A DNA stretch of 64,000 nt, taken from Candidatus Binatia bacterium (lineage in GTDB: Bacteria > Desulfobacterota > Binatia > UBA9968 > CAXXLF01). A program made the translations under genes and the position numbers. Location of the stretch: positions 256,001 through 320,000 of the forward strand of contig CAXXLF010000002.1 of NCBI GenBank assembly GCA_963664015.2, in the 5' to 3' direction. Below the pieces are notes generated by a model that did not search any database, was not told the DNA's origin, and saw only the letters and a list, made by a program, of their open reading frames with translations. Below, piece after piece: positions 31,603-41,473 of the stretch. Every line of letters begins with the position of its first letter. Within the stretch, counting starts at the first letter, position 1.

Positions 31603-32010
31603 ATGAAGCAGGGAACAGTCACGCTCCTCCAGGAGTTATGAAAAACAGTCGCCCCAATTTCATCGCAGGCAGCAGAACTCTTTTACCAAACTCTGTTTAA
31701 AGCAGACCCCAGCCTCAAGCCTTTATTTAAAGGCAATATGGCCGAACAAGGCAAGAAGCTCATGCAAATGATCGGGGTTGCTGTAGATAGACTGAACGAT
31801 TTAGAAACACTTGTTCCCGTCCTTCAAGACCTGGCACGGCGCCATGTTGATTATGGCGTTCAGGAGTCGCACTACCAAACAGTTGGCGCCGCACTTCTCA
31901 AGACGCTTGAGCAAGGCTTGGGCGAAGATTTAGCACCCTGTGTCAAAGACGCATGGACAAGCGTATACGGTGTCATGGGAGACGTCATGTTTGCTGGAGC
32001 AAGATCCTAG
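31603..32010 (+). pseudogene. single-domain globin (Vitreoscilla Hb/flavohemoglobin globin-like) with a TGA at codon 13
   Basis: AGGAGG RBS; MKQGTVTLLQEL*KTVAP..ELFYQTLF..PLF..QGKKLM..LARRHVDYGVQESHYQTVGAALL..AW..Y; TGA at 31639-31641 where Trp is usual. Confidence 0.85.
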
Positions 32011-32068
32011 GCCGAAAAATTACATAAGCGGACCGGCTGAAGCCGCCCGCTTATGCCAGAGATTAGGG
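32010..32068 (+). mobile_element. degenerate integron attC-like site after the globin
   Basis: GCCGAAA..CATAAGCGG-AC-CGGC-TGAA-GCCG-C-CCGCTTATG..ATTAGGG, an imperfect palindrome of about 59 bp with degenerate R''/R' boxes, directly after the stop codon. Confidence 0.5.
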
Positions 32069-32283
32069 TCCCTGCCTATTATTATCCCAGAACACACTTA
32101 AACGACGCTTCAAATGAGTGTTGTAGAACTCGGTTTAAGGACAATTCAATCCGATTTAAGTGGTGAGGGAATCAGGCAACAAAAGATTTCACCGTCCCCC
32201 AAAACATATCAACTAACAACCATAGATCTGAGCTCTTTACTTCGCGAAAGGACTTTTCCTCGGTTCAATGTTTTCAATCAAAA

Positions 32284-33465
32284 TTAGTTTGTTCTACGAT
32301 ACTCTTTACCGAAGAGACCGAAAAGCACCAAACCTAAAGATACAAGCGCAGCTGACACAAGGTACATCGCAGAGAAGTTTCCATCCAACAGGTCCAGCAA
32401 ACTACCCAGCGTGATCGCGCCCAGCACGTTTCCCAAGCTGTGAAAGGTCTGAAACTGAGCCATGGAGAGACCCCGCCGCCCAGCAGGGACTTGATCAATG
32501 GCCAATGTCATCAGACCTGGATTTGCAAAGGCTAGTCCTAATCCATTGATGGCTGCAGCAATGAGTAGAATAGAGGTGGATGGAGCCAGTGCCACGAGCA
32601 CAAGACCGCAAAGGATGAGCGTATAACCCGGGAGGATGACCGCTCGACGGCTAAAGCGGTCTAAAAGAGGACCAGCAATTGGCCGGCTAAGCAGGACAAC
32701 GATCCCTTCCGTAGCAAAATACAGTGCCGGATTGCCGAGATCCTGCTGCAGCATGTAAAGGGGAATGTATGTCGCAACACCGGTATGCCCAAGGGCAATG
32801 AAGGACATTGTCATTGCCGGCAGAAGGGACTCCCGGATAAAGAGGAGATCCAACCAACTCCTGTGACGTTTTTCATGGGAGGAAGGCACGTGAGGATCTT
32901 TTATCGGAATCGAGAAGACAACGCTTAAAGAGATCATACAGAATACGGTTAGAAACATTCCGTGAAATCCAAAGCGGTCGTAGGCCGCAAAACCTGCAAT
33001 GGGGCCCAACGTTGTGCCCAAGTTGCTCGCAAGACCCGCATAGGAGATCATGGTTCCCCGTTTATGACTTGGAGCAATGTCGGCGGTCAAAGTGCTGGCG
33101 GCTGTGGTGCAGCTCGACCACCCCAGGCCCTGCAGAATCCGAAAGGCCACGAGGACAATAATGCCAGGGGCCCACGCATAGCCCAGAGTCGAGACGCCAA
33201 AGATTCCTATCCCGAGAAGAAGAAATTTCCTACGCCCCGAACGGTCGATAAGCACTCCCACAAACGGACGGCTTACCATCGCTGTCACGCTAAGGGAGGC
33301 CATGACTAAGCCAATGAGACTCCCTGACGCTCCCAGGCTTGCCAGATAGACTGGAAAAACCGGTTGCATCTGACTGAAAGAAAAGAAGATAAAAAATCGC
33401 GAGATGGAGAGCAGAACAAAGTCCCGCAGCCAGTTCGTTCCCTGCGCGTTCTCTGGTTCAATCAT
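32284..33465 (-). CDS. MFS transporter
   Basis: About 12 TM segments; GVLIDRSGRR motif A; FRILQGLG motif B. Confidence 0.9.
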   Translation of the reverse strand: MIEPENAQGTNWLRDFVLLSISRFFIFFSFSQMQPVFPVYLASLGASGSLIGLVMASLSVTAMVSRPFVGVLIDRSGRRKFLLLGIGIFGVSTLGYAWAPGIIVLVAFRILQGLGWSSCTTAASTLTADIAPSHKRGTMISYAGLASNLGTTLGPIAGFAAYDRFGFHGMFLTVFCMISLSVVFSIPIKDPHVPSSHEKRHRSWLDLLFIRESLLPAMTMSFIALGHTGVATYIPLYMLQQDLGNPALYFATEGIVVLLSRPIAGPLLDRFSRRAVILPGYTLILCGLVLVALAPSTSILLIAAAINGLGLAFANPGLMTLAIDQVPAGRRGLSMAQFQTFHSLGNVLGAITLGSLLDLLDGNFSAMYLVSAALVSLGLVLFGLFGKEYRRTN

Positions 33466-33641
33466 TAGGATCTACGTTTGGTTAGCCCCTGAACCTGCAA
33501 CACCTATAATACTAAGGAAGACCTCGTGCCACGGAATAGGGCGCCCCATTCCGTGCCGCTCGAGGCCTTTTTGACCGGGTCTCCGAATCGATTTGGGCGT
33601 CAAATCCTCGTGAACCCGCGTGTAGTCCCTGTAGTTTAAGA

Positions 33642-33899
33642 TCAGGCTTTCCTCTGCTTGAACCGCTGATGTAGCGATTCTATGATACCCGCGTCCACGG
33701 CGGCGATAATGTCCATTGCCCCATCGAGTTCCTCTTCGGTCATACCCGCTTTCCTTGCGTTCGCAAGGCGCCGTTCCACTCAAGGGTCGCAGTTTCGGCT
33801 CATGGCCACGGCAAGCCCCAGCAACATCTTCTCCCGGTCGGTCAAACAGGATATGTCATGGGCATCACGATAGAACAGACGAAAATCGGATCGTTGCAT
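33642..33899 (-). CDS. CMD/AhpD-like protein with a CxxU motif, probable selenoprotein (85 aa)
   Basis: GGGGGA RBS; MQRSDFRLFYRDAHDISCLTDREKMLLGLAVAMSRNCDP(TGA 33780-33782)VERRLANARKAGMTEEELDGAMDIIAAVDAGIIESLHQRFKQRKA*; the CMD pattern continues in frame across the TGA. Confidence 0.78.
33747..33770 (-). promoter_or_regulatory. bacterial SECIS-like hairpin
   Basis: CCTTGC-GAAC-GCAAGG stem-loop with flanking CGC/GCG; the loop starts with G, 17 nt after the TGA. Confidence 0.65.
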
Positions 33900-33966
33900 A
33901 AGGATTCCCCCTACATTGCTCCTTTCCCCTACCTGTCCCCAAGCAGAAGAAAACCCCAAACGAACA

Positions 33967-34590
33967 TTAAGCCACCCAGTAGCCGCACCGAGTCCAGCTG
34001 ATGCGGTCACTGGCGGTAGAAGCACGCCACCACCACGGAACTCGTCCAGTTCCTCGGGCTGGCGGGCCTGGAGCCTCCAATCCGGGTACGTGAAGACGTT
34101 TACCGTCTTCAGAGGACCCAGTTTCCCCGAGCGGATGATACGTCGCATCTGCATCACCGGTGGGCTGAAACCGATCGTGTGACCATAGAGGAGTTTGACC
34201 CCGTTCTTGATTGCGGCCTCGGCCATTCGCTCGGCCTAATCCATATTCAGCGCCATGGGCTTTTCCGCCACCACATGCTTGCCCGCATTGGCTGCCAGCA
34301 CCGTGTGGGGGGCAGTGGAGATGATTGGGAGTCGATACCCACACAGCGTCCACATTTGGATCTGCACAAAGGCCTTCAGCCCTGTCGTGGATGCTGGCAT
34401 TGGGATACCTCACAGCAAAAGTCTCCCGGACCTTTGGGTTGATGTCAGCGCCGGCAACCAGCTCGACTTCAGGAAGCGACTCCATCTGCGGCATGATCTG
34501 CGTTGCGCCGACACCGATCCCGATAATCCCCATCTTCAAGACCCTGGCAGCGCCGGGGCCCGTGGACGCCGAAGGTTGGCCAGTCGTCAT
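33967..34590 (-). pseudogene. Gfo/Idh/MocA oxidoreductase (phthalate dihydrodiol-dehydrogenase-like), frameshifted and 3'-truncated
   Basis: GIIGIG..LCADPNVDAVWVSTPNHLH / GKHVVAEKPMA..GHT..YPDWRLQARQPEELD..GGG; paralogue of 47675-48892. Confidence 0.8.
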
Positions 34591-34639
34591 TCAATCTCCT
34601 CAAATGGTTGGAAACAGGTTGATACCCCATGTGGGGCCA

Positions 34640-35779
34640 TCAACCAATCATGCCCGTGACTTCCTGGCTATCGCCCTCTTCCTCCCGGTACAGGCCCATA
34701 GACTTGATCACCGGCAGATCGCTCATGGAGAACAGGACAGCGTCATCGTCTTTCAGATTGCACCCATGTTCGTGAAAAACCCACGGTGGCAAGACGAAGG
34801 TGTCGCCCTTGGACCAGTCCAACCGCTTTCCATCGATAATGGAGTAACCGGAACCCTTTGCTGCGTGGTAAACCACGCTTGAAGTATGCCGGTGTATCTC
34901 CGTGTGGATACCTGCTTCCAGTCGCTGCAGCTTCAGAGCCAGGGTCGGCATGCTGTGACCGCCAGTTATCGGATTGGCGTACTCCATGATCACGCCGTCG
35001 AAACGGTCTTTCTCCCCGAAACCGCGCAGTGCCCCGTAAGCCTGGTCCCATTTATAGGTGATTGGCAGCGTACCACCAACGACATCCTTGAGATTGGCAC
35101 GCATAAGCCCATTGCCGATGGCCGCATTGGTATAGCCCACTGGCCTAGTGACAGGCTGGACCTCTGCGGGAAAGGGTTCCTGGAACATGGAATCAAAGAA
35201 TCCGACCATGGGTGCGTCAAGGCAATCCAACCAGATGACCGGTTTATCTTCGGGGTTGTTGTGGTCGTGCCAAGCCCAACTGGGGGTCAGCGTAAGATCA
35301 CCGGCCTCCATCAAAAAGCGTTCCCCGTCCTGCACGGTAAACGCCCCCTTACCTTCAATGACGAATCTGATCGCAGCCGCCGTATGCCGGTGGGCTTCGG
35401 CAATCTCACCGGGCCAGACGATCTGAATCGCCGCCGACATGGTTTTGGTGGCACCGGCCTCCGGATTCTTCAGTCCTGGATTACGCATCGTGAGTGCGCG
35501 GCGGTACCCCTTGCCCTTCAGGCTCTCCAGTTGTCCTGCCCGGTATGCGAGCTCACGCATCTTCTCCCAGCGCCAGACATAAGGCTCAAGTTTGGGTCGC
35601 TCGCCGCGCGCCATATGCCTTAGCCACAACGGGTTGATGTTCTCATCATCGAGGGTCTGATGGTAGGCCTTCTCGTTTTCTGAAATCAACGGGTTCGCCG
35701 CTATACCCTCGCTGATAACCACACCCCTATTCGATGTACCATTGGTCTGTACTGATTGAGATTGTTCTTTTTTCTGCAT
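34640..35779 (-). CDS. gentisate 1,2-dioxygenase-like bicupin ring-cleavage dioxygenase
   Basis: RRALTMRNPG, AHRHTAAAIRF, TPSWAWHDH, WLDCLDAP, HRHTSS, SDLPV. Confidence 0.88.
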   Translation of the reverse strand: MQKKEQSQSVQTNGTSNRGVVISEGIAANPLISENEKAYHQTLDDENINPLWLRHMARGERPKLEPYVWRWEKMRELAYRAGQLESLKGKGYRRALTMRNPGLKNPEAGATKTMSAAIQIVWPGEIAEAHRHTAAAIRFVIEGKGAFTVQDGERFLMEAGDLTLTPSWAWHDHNNPEDKPVIWLDCLDAPMVGFFDSMFQEPFPAEVQPVTRPVGYTNAAIGNGLMRANLKDVVGGTLPITYKWDQAYGALRGFGEKDRFDGVIMEYANPITGGHSMPTLALKLQRLEAGIHTEIHRHTSSVVYHAAKGSGYSIIDGKRLDWSKGDTFVLPPWVFHEHGCNLKDDDAVLFSMSDLPVIKSMGLYREEEGDSQEVTGMIG

Positions 35780-36144
35780 ACCTAACCTCCTCTCTCTGGT
35801 AGAGCATTATCGCAATGGAAGCTGTCTGGTCAATCTCAGACTCTACGAAATGAGTAAATTGTCAGATTGACAGCCACGAGCTCGCTTTGGTACCTCTAGG
35901 CGGGTCGAAAGAGGCCATGGATTCGATCTTTGGCCACCTTTACATGCTGGCCGGTAATAACATGAGTGTTTAATCGGCGGGAACATCGCTGGAATAAACA
36001 CCGCAGGCGAGCAGCCCTGGTGTTAGGCTATTTCCCTTGATAAGGTCCATTCAAGAGGCTGTTTTATAGGCCTGAGCTGAAGTATTTCACGGTCCAAGCC
36101 CATAGGCTAAAAATTATCTTCAAAAAAACTGGAGGACTAAAGCC

Positions 36145-36915
36145 ATGCGATTAGAGAACCGTGTTGGAATTGTTACAGGTGCAGGACGCAACATAGGAGA
36201 GGCAGTCGCCCATTCATTTGCAAAGGATGGCGCTAAGGTCGCCGTCGTCGATATCCGTGAGCAGCCCGCCAAGGCCGTCACCGACGCCATTAACGCAGCT
36301 CACCCCGGGGCGGCGCTTGCGGTAGCCGCCGATATGTCTTCCGGTACCGATGTTCAACGGATGGTATCATCGGTTGTGGAGCGCTGGGGCGGTATCGACA
36401 TTCTAGTAAACAACGTAGCTATCACGGATCATAAAACCGTGTTGGAGCTAGGCGAGGACGAATGGGATCAGGTCATTAAGGTCACCCTGAAAAGCCAGTT
36501 CCTGTGCACTAAGTACGTTGCTCAACGCATGGTTGAGCAGGGACGAGGAGGGAGGATCATCAATATCGCTTCTACTTCCGGCCACCGGGGCCGAGCTGAT
36601 GCCACTGCCTACACCGCGGCCAAGGGAGGAGTCCTCAACCTCACCCGATCTCTCGCCATTCAGCTTTCCCCTTATGGGATTCGTGTCAACTCGGTCACTC
36701 CCAACAGGATTGGATCGCCTGTGGGTCAAGAGACTATCGCGGGAGGGAACCGGGAGGTTTCCAACCTGGTGGGCCGACAAGGCATGCCGCCGGACATCGC
36801 AGCCGTTGTCAGTTTCCTGGCCTCAGATGAGGCCGATTTTATTGCGGCGACGGATTTCTTGGCGGACGGTGGTTCCCTCGCAGGGTCGGTACCAACCCCG
36901 CGACAATCAAGGTAA
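36145..36915 (+). CDS. SDR family oxidoreductase
   Basis: TGAGRNIG, NNVA, YTAAK; GGAGG RBS. Confidence 0.9.
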   Translation: MRLENRVGIVTGAGRNIGEAVAHSFAKDGAKVAVVDIREQPAKAVTDAINAAHPGAALAVAADMSSGTDVQRMVSSVVERWGGIDILVNNVAITDHKTVLELGEDEWDQVIKVTLKSQFLCTKYVAQRMVEQGRGGRIINIASTSGHRGRADATAYTAAKGGVLNLTRSLAIQLSPYGIRVNSVTPNRIGSPVGQETIAGGNREVSNLVGRQGMPPDIAAVVSFLASDEADFIAATDFLADGGSLAGSVPTPRQSR

Positions 36916-37029
36916 TTCCACACCGGCTGCCGGATTAGATTTTCGGTCTAATCACCCTTGACAACAACCTAATAATGGACTTACCTCGTAGGATTCAGCT
37001 AGGTCTCGATATAAGGGGGACGGGGAACC

Positions 37030-38085
37030 ATGAGAAAGACAACTAAATTCGCAATCCTTTTGTTCGTCCTTTTGGTCTATTTGCTGACTTCGGCTCCGGT
37101 ACCAGCCCAGCCACATTTCGAAGGTAAATCGATTACCCTGATTGTCGGGACCCAACCGGGAGGCCGAAGGGATCGAATTACCCGAACTACGGCCCAATAT
37201 CTTTCAAAGTACATTCCGGGCAATCCGACAATCCTGGTCCAGAATATACCGGGCGGGAAAGAGATCCCCTCACAGTTGAAAATTTTCAACGGAAACCCCG
37301 ATGGCTCCGTTATGAGTGTCATCACATCCAGTGCAACGGAGGCCCCCTATTTTGGCACCCCAGGGGCGAATTACGATCCCAGAAAATACGTTTATATTGG
37401 GGCCATCGGCACCGGCAAGAACCGCCAGACCCTCTTTACCCATAATCAATCAGGTTTCAAATCCATAGAGGATTTGAAATCACGCGAAGTGGTCCTGGGT
37501 GCCCACCGAGTGGGACATCGCGTGTATCTCAATGGCCGCTTGACCGCGGAAGTTCTGGGCCTGAAGGTCCGCTGGATTCTCGGCTATTCCACTCCGGAGC
37601 TCTACATCGCCATGGAGCGGGGGGAAATCGACGGTCGATTCAACGATGCGGCAAGCGCCATAAGAGATCGGCTAACCTGGTTTGATAAGGGCGAGGTGAC
37701 CTGCCAGGTGGCGACCACCCTTCCGGAAAAATTACCTCCAATAGATCACCCCCTATGTGCTAACGTGCCCTCTTTGATGCAATTCGCCAAGACGGACCTC
37801 CATCGCACCATTATTCGAAAACTCGACACGACTGACAAGTTGGGTGGTGCTTTCGCCTTTCCTCCGGGGACCCCCGTGCGTATTCAAAAGATCGCCGAGA
37901 AGGCACTCCTAAAACTACAAGATGATCCAAAATTTCGTCGAGCCTGGGAGAAGGAAGTCGGGATCAAGCCTTTTCAAGGAATTTTCTTGGCAGCCGAAAC
38001 CCTTGAGGCGGTGAAGGTCTATACGGACTGGAGACCTGAAGTGTTAGCGGCCTATCAGCGATTGGGCTATCAGGCACCCAAGTAA
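37030..38085 (+). CDS. TctC/Bug-like tripartite tricarboxylate transporter substrate-binding protein, copy 1
   Basis: Signal peptide; FEGKSITLIVGTQPGG..D..R..KYIPGNPTILVQNIPGG..AMERGEIDG..FPPGTP. Confidence 0.85.
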   Translation: MRKTTKFAILLFVLLVYLLTSAPVPAQPHFEGKSITLIVGTQPGGRRDRITRTTAQYLSKYIPGNPTILVQNIPGGKEIPSQLKIFNGNPDGSVMSVITSSATEAPYFGTPGANYDPRKYVYIGAIGTGKNRQTLFTHNQSGFKSIEDLKSREVVLGAHRVGHRVYLNGRLTAEVLGLKVRWILGYSTPELYIAMERGEIDGRFNDAASAIRDRLTWFDKGEVTCQVATTLPEKLPPIDHPLCANVPSLMQFAKTDLHRTIIRKLDTTDKLGGAFAFPPGTPVRIQKIAEKALLKLQDDPKFRRAWEKEVGIKPFQGIFLAAETLEAVKVYTDWRPEVLAAYQRLGYQAPK

Positions 38086-38138
38086 TGAGCAAGCTCACGA
38101 AAAAGTAATCAGCTAATAGGCCAGGAGATTAAAAATCA

Positions 38139-39213
38139 ATGGTAGCAATAAAACCCCCATGGGTCATCGCAACCTTCGGTATGGCCTCAATGGTCTTCGC
38201 GTTTCTTGGAACCACTCCCAAGAACCTTCAGGCTCAACTCTACTTTCAGGATAAAACCATCAGCATGGTCCTTGGAACCTCCCCGGGAAGCAGGAGGGAC
38301 CGGATAGCGCGGGTTACGGCCCAGTACCTCTCGCAATACATACCGGGAAAGCCAAATATTTTAGTGCAAAACATTCCCGGCGGTCAGGGCATTCCCGCAC
38401 AGAGAAAATTCAATAGAGGGAGGACCGATGGCACAATGATGGCCATCGTAACTTCCTCGGACATGGAGGCCCCGTTTTTTGGAACTCCCGGCGCCAACTA
38501 CAATCCCAAAGATTATGTATGGATAGGGGCACTGGGCACGGGCAAGCAACGAAATTTTCTCTTCACTAACAAAAAGGCTGGGTTCAAAACGCTGGAAGAC
38601 CTGAGGTCAAGGGAAGTTGCCCTGGGCGGAAGGACGGTTGGACACCGCGCCTACCTGTATGGCCGTTTAATTGCGGAGATTCTCGGCATGAATAAGATTC
38701 GCTGGGTTCTGGGGTACTCATCGCAGGAACTCTTCATTGCCATGGAGCGTGGAGAGGTGGACGGCAGGGTTAATGACGCCGCTACTGTATATAGGAATCG
38801 TCCGGACTGGTACGACAAAGGATTCATCGTCCCCCACATCGCCATGACACTCCCGGAGAATCTGCCTCCGGTGAACCACCCCCTGCTTGCCAACATACCT
38901 TCCATCATGCAATTCGCCAAGACGGATCTCCACCGGGACATCATCCGAAAGCTCAACACAACAGATAAATTGGGCGGCGCCGTTGCCTTTCCTCCCGGCA
39001 CACCGGACAATGTTAGGAGGATCGCCGAGAAGGCGCTTCTGAAGATGGGCAAGGATCCCATGTTTGTAAAGGCATGGGAAAAAGAAGTCGGTATACGGCC
39101 CTTTCAGGGAGCCTTTTCCGCAGCAGACGTTGAGGAATCGGTTCAAATCTACACGACCTGAAGCCCTGATGTCCTAAAGGCCTATAAGCGTCTGGGCTAT
39201 GAACCGCCTAAGT
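38139..39213 (+). pseudogene. TctC-like protein copy 2 with a premature TGA 18 codons before the natural end
   Basis: YTT*SPDVLKAYKRLGYEPPK* versus YTDWRPEV.. in the paralogues; TGA at 39159-39161; may still be functional. Confidence 0.75.
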
Positions 39214-39262
39214 AATAATGACTAACTAGAAGCAGCACTATAACCATCCAAGGAGGGATCGA

Positions 39263-40324
39263 ATGACAACAAGGAAGCTTTTTCTCATCTTCACGGGTTT
39301 ATTGATAGGTCTGGGATCCGTAGGTATCCCGCGTACCGGCCACTCACAGCCTTATTACAAGGGCAAATCCATTACGATGATACTGGGGTCAGCGCCCGGC
39401 GGGCGCCGGGACCGGATCTCGAGGACAACCGCCCGGTTCCTTTCTAAATATATACCGGGCAATCCGAATATTCTGGTTCAAAATATACCCGGAGGAAAAG
39501 GCATTCCTGCCCAGCTCAGATTTTCCCGGGGCAAGACCGATGGGACCGTTTTGGGTTTGGTCGTTTCTGGTGACTTGGAAGCCCCCTATTTTGGTACGCC
39601 AGGTGCAAACTATAAACCTAGAGACTACGTATGGGTGGGAGCCATCGGTACCGGCAAACAGCGAAACGTTTTGTACACCCATAAACGAGCAGGGTTTAAC
39701 TCTCTTAAAGAGGTCAGGACACGGGAAATCGCAATAGGTGCGATCAATGTCGGACATCGTAGCTATCTCTACTCACGCCTGATAACGGAAATCCTCGGTC
39801 TCAATGTGCGCTGGGTACTCGGATACAGCACGCCCGAGCTTTACATTGCTATCGAGCGCGGTGAAGTTGACGGACGGGTCAACGACTCGGCTTCTATGTT
39901 TAGGGACCGGCCCGATTGGTTCGATAAACGTGAAATCGTTGCCCACGTGGCCATGACGCTACCGAAAAATTTACCGCCCATCGATCACCCGGTGGTTGCC
40001 AAGGTACCCTCCATCATGCAATTCGCCAAGACCGAGACCCACCGGGAAATTATCAAAAAGATAAATTCCACCGACCGGCTGGGTGGCGCGTTCGCCTTTC
40101 CTCCGGGAACCCCGGACCGATTCAGAAAGATCATGGAGAAGGCACTCCTAAATGCAGCAAAAGATCCCAAGTTCCGGCGTTTGTGGGAGATTGAAGTTGG
40201 AATCCGACCCTTCCAAGGCGCATTCGACACGGCAAATGTCGAAGCGGCCGTACGACTTTACACGGATTGGAAGCCTGAAGTCTTAAAATCCTACAAGCGC
40301 CTGGGGTATCAACCGCCTCAATAG
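39263..40324 (+). CDS. TctC-like substrate-binding protein, copy 3
   Basis: Same motifs as copy 1, intact. Confidence 0.85.
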   Translation: MTTRKLFLIFTGLLIGLGSVGIPRTGHSQPYYKGKSITMILGSAPGGRRDRISRTTARFLSKYIPGNPNILVQNIPGGKGIPAQLRFSRGKTDGTVLGLVVSGDLEAPYFGTPGANYKPRDYVWVGAIGTGKQRNVLYTHKRAGFNSLKEVRTREIAIGAINVGHRSYLYSRLITEILGLNVRWVLGYSTPELYIAIERGEVDGRVNDSASMFRDRPDWFDKREIVAHVAMTLPKNLPPIDHPVVAKVPSIMQFAKTETHREIIKKINSTDRLGGAFAFPPGTPDRFRKIMEKALLNAAKDPKFRRLWEIEVGIRPFQGAFDTANVEAAVRLYTDWKPEVLKSYKRLGYQPPQ

Positions 40325-40351
40325 TCATTCATCGTCAAGGAGCAATATTCG

Positions 40352-40903
40352 ATGATCGTTAACAGAGGTTCATTACCGGCACTTATGGCCATGGTCCTGG
40401 TTGGGGCCCTGACATGGAGTCCCGCCTCCAGCCAGGCGGAAACAAATTTCAGAGGATAGACATTCACGATGATCATCGGCTGGGACCCGGGCGGTCGTCT
40501 CGATCGTCAGGGTCGTACGGTGGCCCGATACCTGAAGAAATACCTGCCCGGCAACCCGGATTTTATCATTCAGAACATTCCCGCTGGGAAGGGACTGCTT
40601 GCAAACCAAAGATTCGTAAAAATCAAAGGCCAATGGCTTAACGATGATGATGCAAACCTCGCGTGATATTGAAACGGCATCTCTTGTTGTTCCAGAAGTG
40701 GACATCGACCCCTAAAGGTCGGGAAGGACCCCGAGTTTCACATGAAGGGGAGACGCTGGTACTGAGTGGAACGAAATTCGGAGGGGGTATATTCGGCTAA
40801 GGAAGTTGTTGATGCTGTACGTATTTACACTCAGTGGGAATCCGAGGTCTACAAGGCTTATCCGCGTTTAGGTTATCAGCCGCCAAAACGAACTCAGTCC
40901 TAA
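40352..40903 (+). pseudogene. TctC-like copy 4 with a TAG stop and a large internal deletion
   Basis: MIVNRG..FRG*TFTMIIGWDPGGRLDR..KYLPGNPDFIIQNIPAG..DIDP, then directly KVGKDPEF..VRIYTQW..RLGYQPP. Confidence 0.8.
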
Positions 40904-40952
40904 GGATCGAACAGAATAGTAACCAGCAGGGGCCCCCCGCCGGATCAATATA

Positions 40953-41390
40953 TTACGACTCGACGACTTTTGCCGGGGTATTGCCGCCGCCGTCCTCGAA
41001 GGCAACCCTTTGCCCCGTAGAGGCATCGACTTCAGAGCGCATACCACCGACCTTCACATAGTCTTCCTTGGTCGGCTTGGAACTGTTACCCAAAAGGACC
41101 ATGGGCTCATCATACGGGTTCGACCCCTCGTAAAATTCCACTGCCGGGATGTTGATCAACATACCCTGGGAAATTTCATGGGTCTCGTTGGGTCCCTTTA
41201 GGATGCCCCGGCCCGTGATGACATAGTAGGTTCGGTCCGCAGGGTGGTTGTGCATCCGCTGCAAATCTCCCGGAGGGAAATACAACAGCCAGGAGGTCAA
41301 ATTGGGAGCCCTAAACAGGTCTGTCCTGCGGTTATCCCCACTGGGGGCCTCCTTGTTTTTGATGATATCCTGAACATCTTTAATCTTCAT
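40953..41390 (-). CDS. cupin domain protein
   Basis: PPGD..MHNHPADRTYYVITGRG..GMLINIPA. Confidence 0.75.
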   Translation of the reverse strand: MKIKDVQDIIKNKEAPSGDNRRTDLFRAPNLTSWLLYFPPGDLQRMHNHPADRTYYVITGRGILKGPNETHEISQGMLINIPAVEFYEGSNPYDEPMVLLGNSSKPTKEDYVKVGGMRSEVDASTGQRVAFEDGGGNTPAKVVES

Positions 41391-41473
41391 AACGCTCCTC
41401 CTTTCGTATCCTGAGAACTTTTACTATGAACAACAAAGCACCTATTTGGATTGTACTCGATAACAGAGCCCCC

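Noticed and set aside
33472-34226. ORF-track calls 33780-34226 and 33472-33783 as genes
   Set aside because: The first is a chimera of the Gfo/Idh/MocA remnant running into the N-terminal half of the CMD gene. The second is out of frame with the CMD C-terminal half.
6019-39161. TGA=Trp recoding, suggested by in-frame TGAs at likely Trp positions (6019, 31639, 39159)
   Set aside because: TGA ends intact genes (e.g. 47105, 48892), TGG is used everywhere else, and in-frame TAA/TAG lesions also occur. TGG>TGA transitions in decaying genes explain these cases.
31639-39161. Selenocysteine at the globin or TctC TGAs
   Set aside because: These positions align with Trp, not Cys, and no SECIS-like hairpin was seen, unlike the TGA at 33780.
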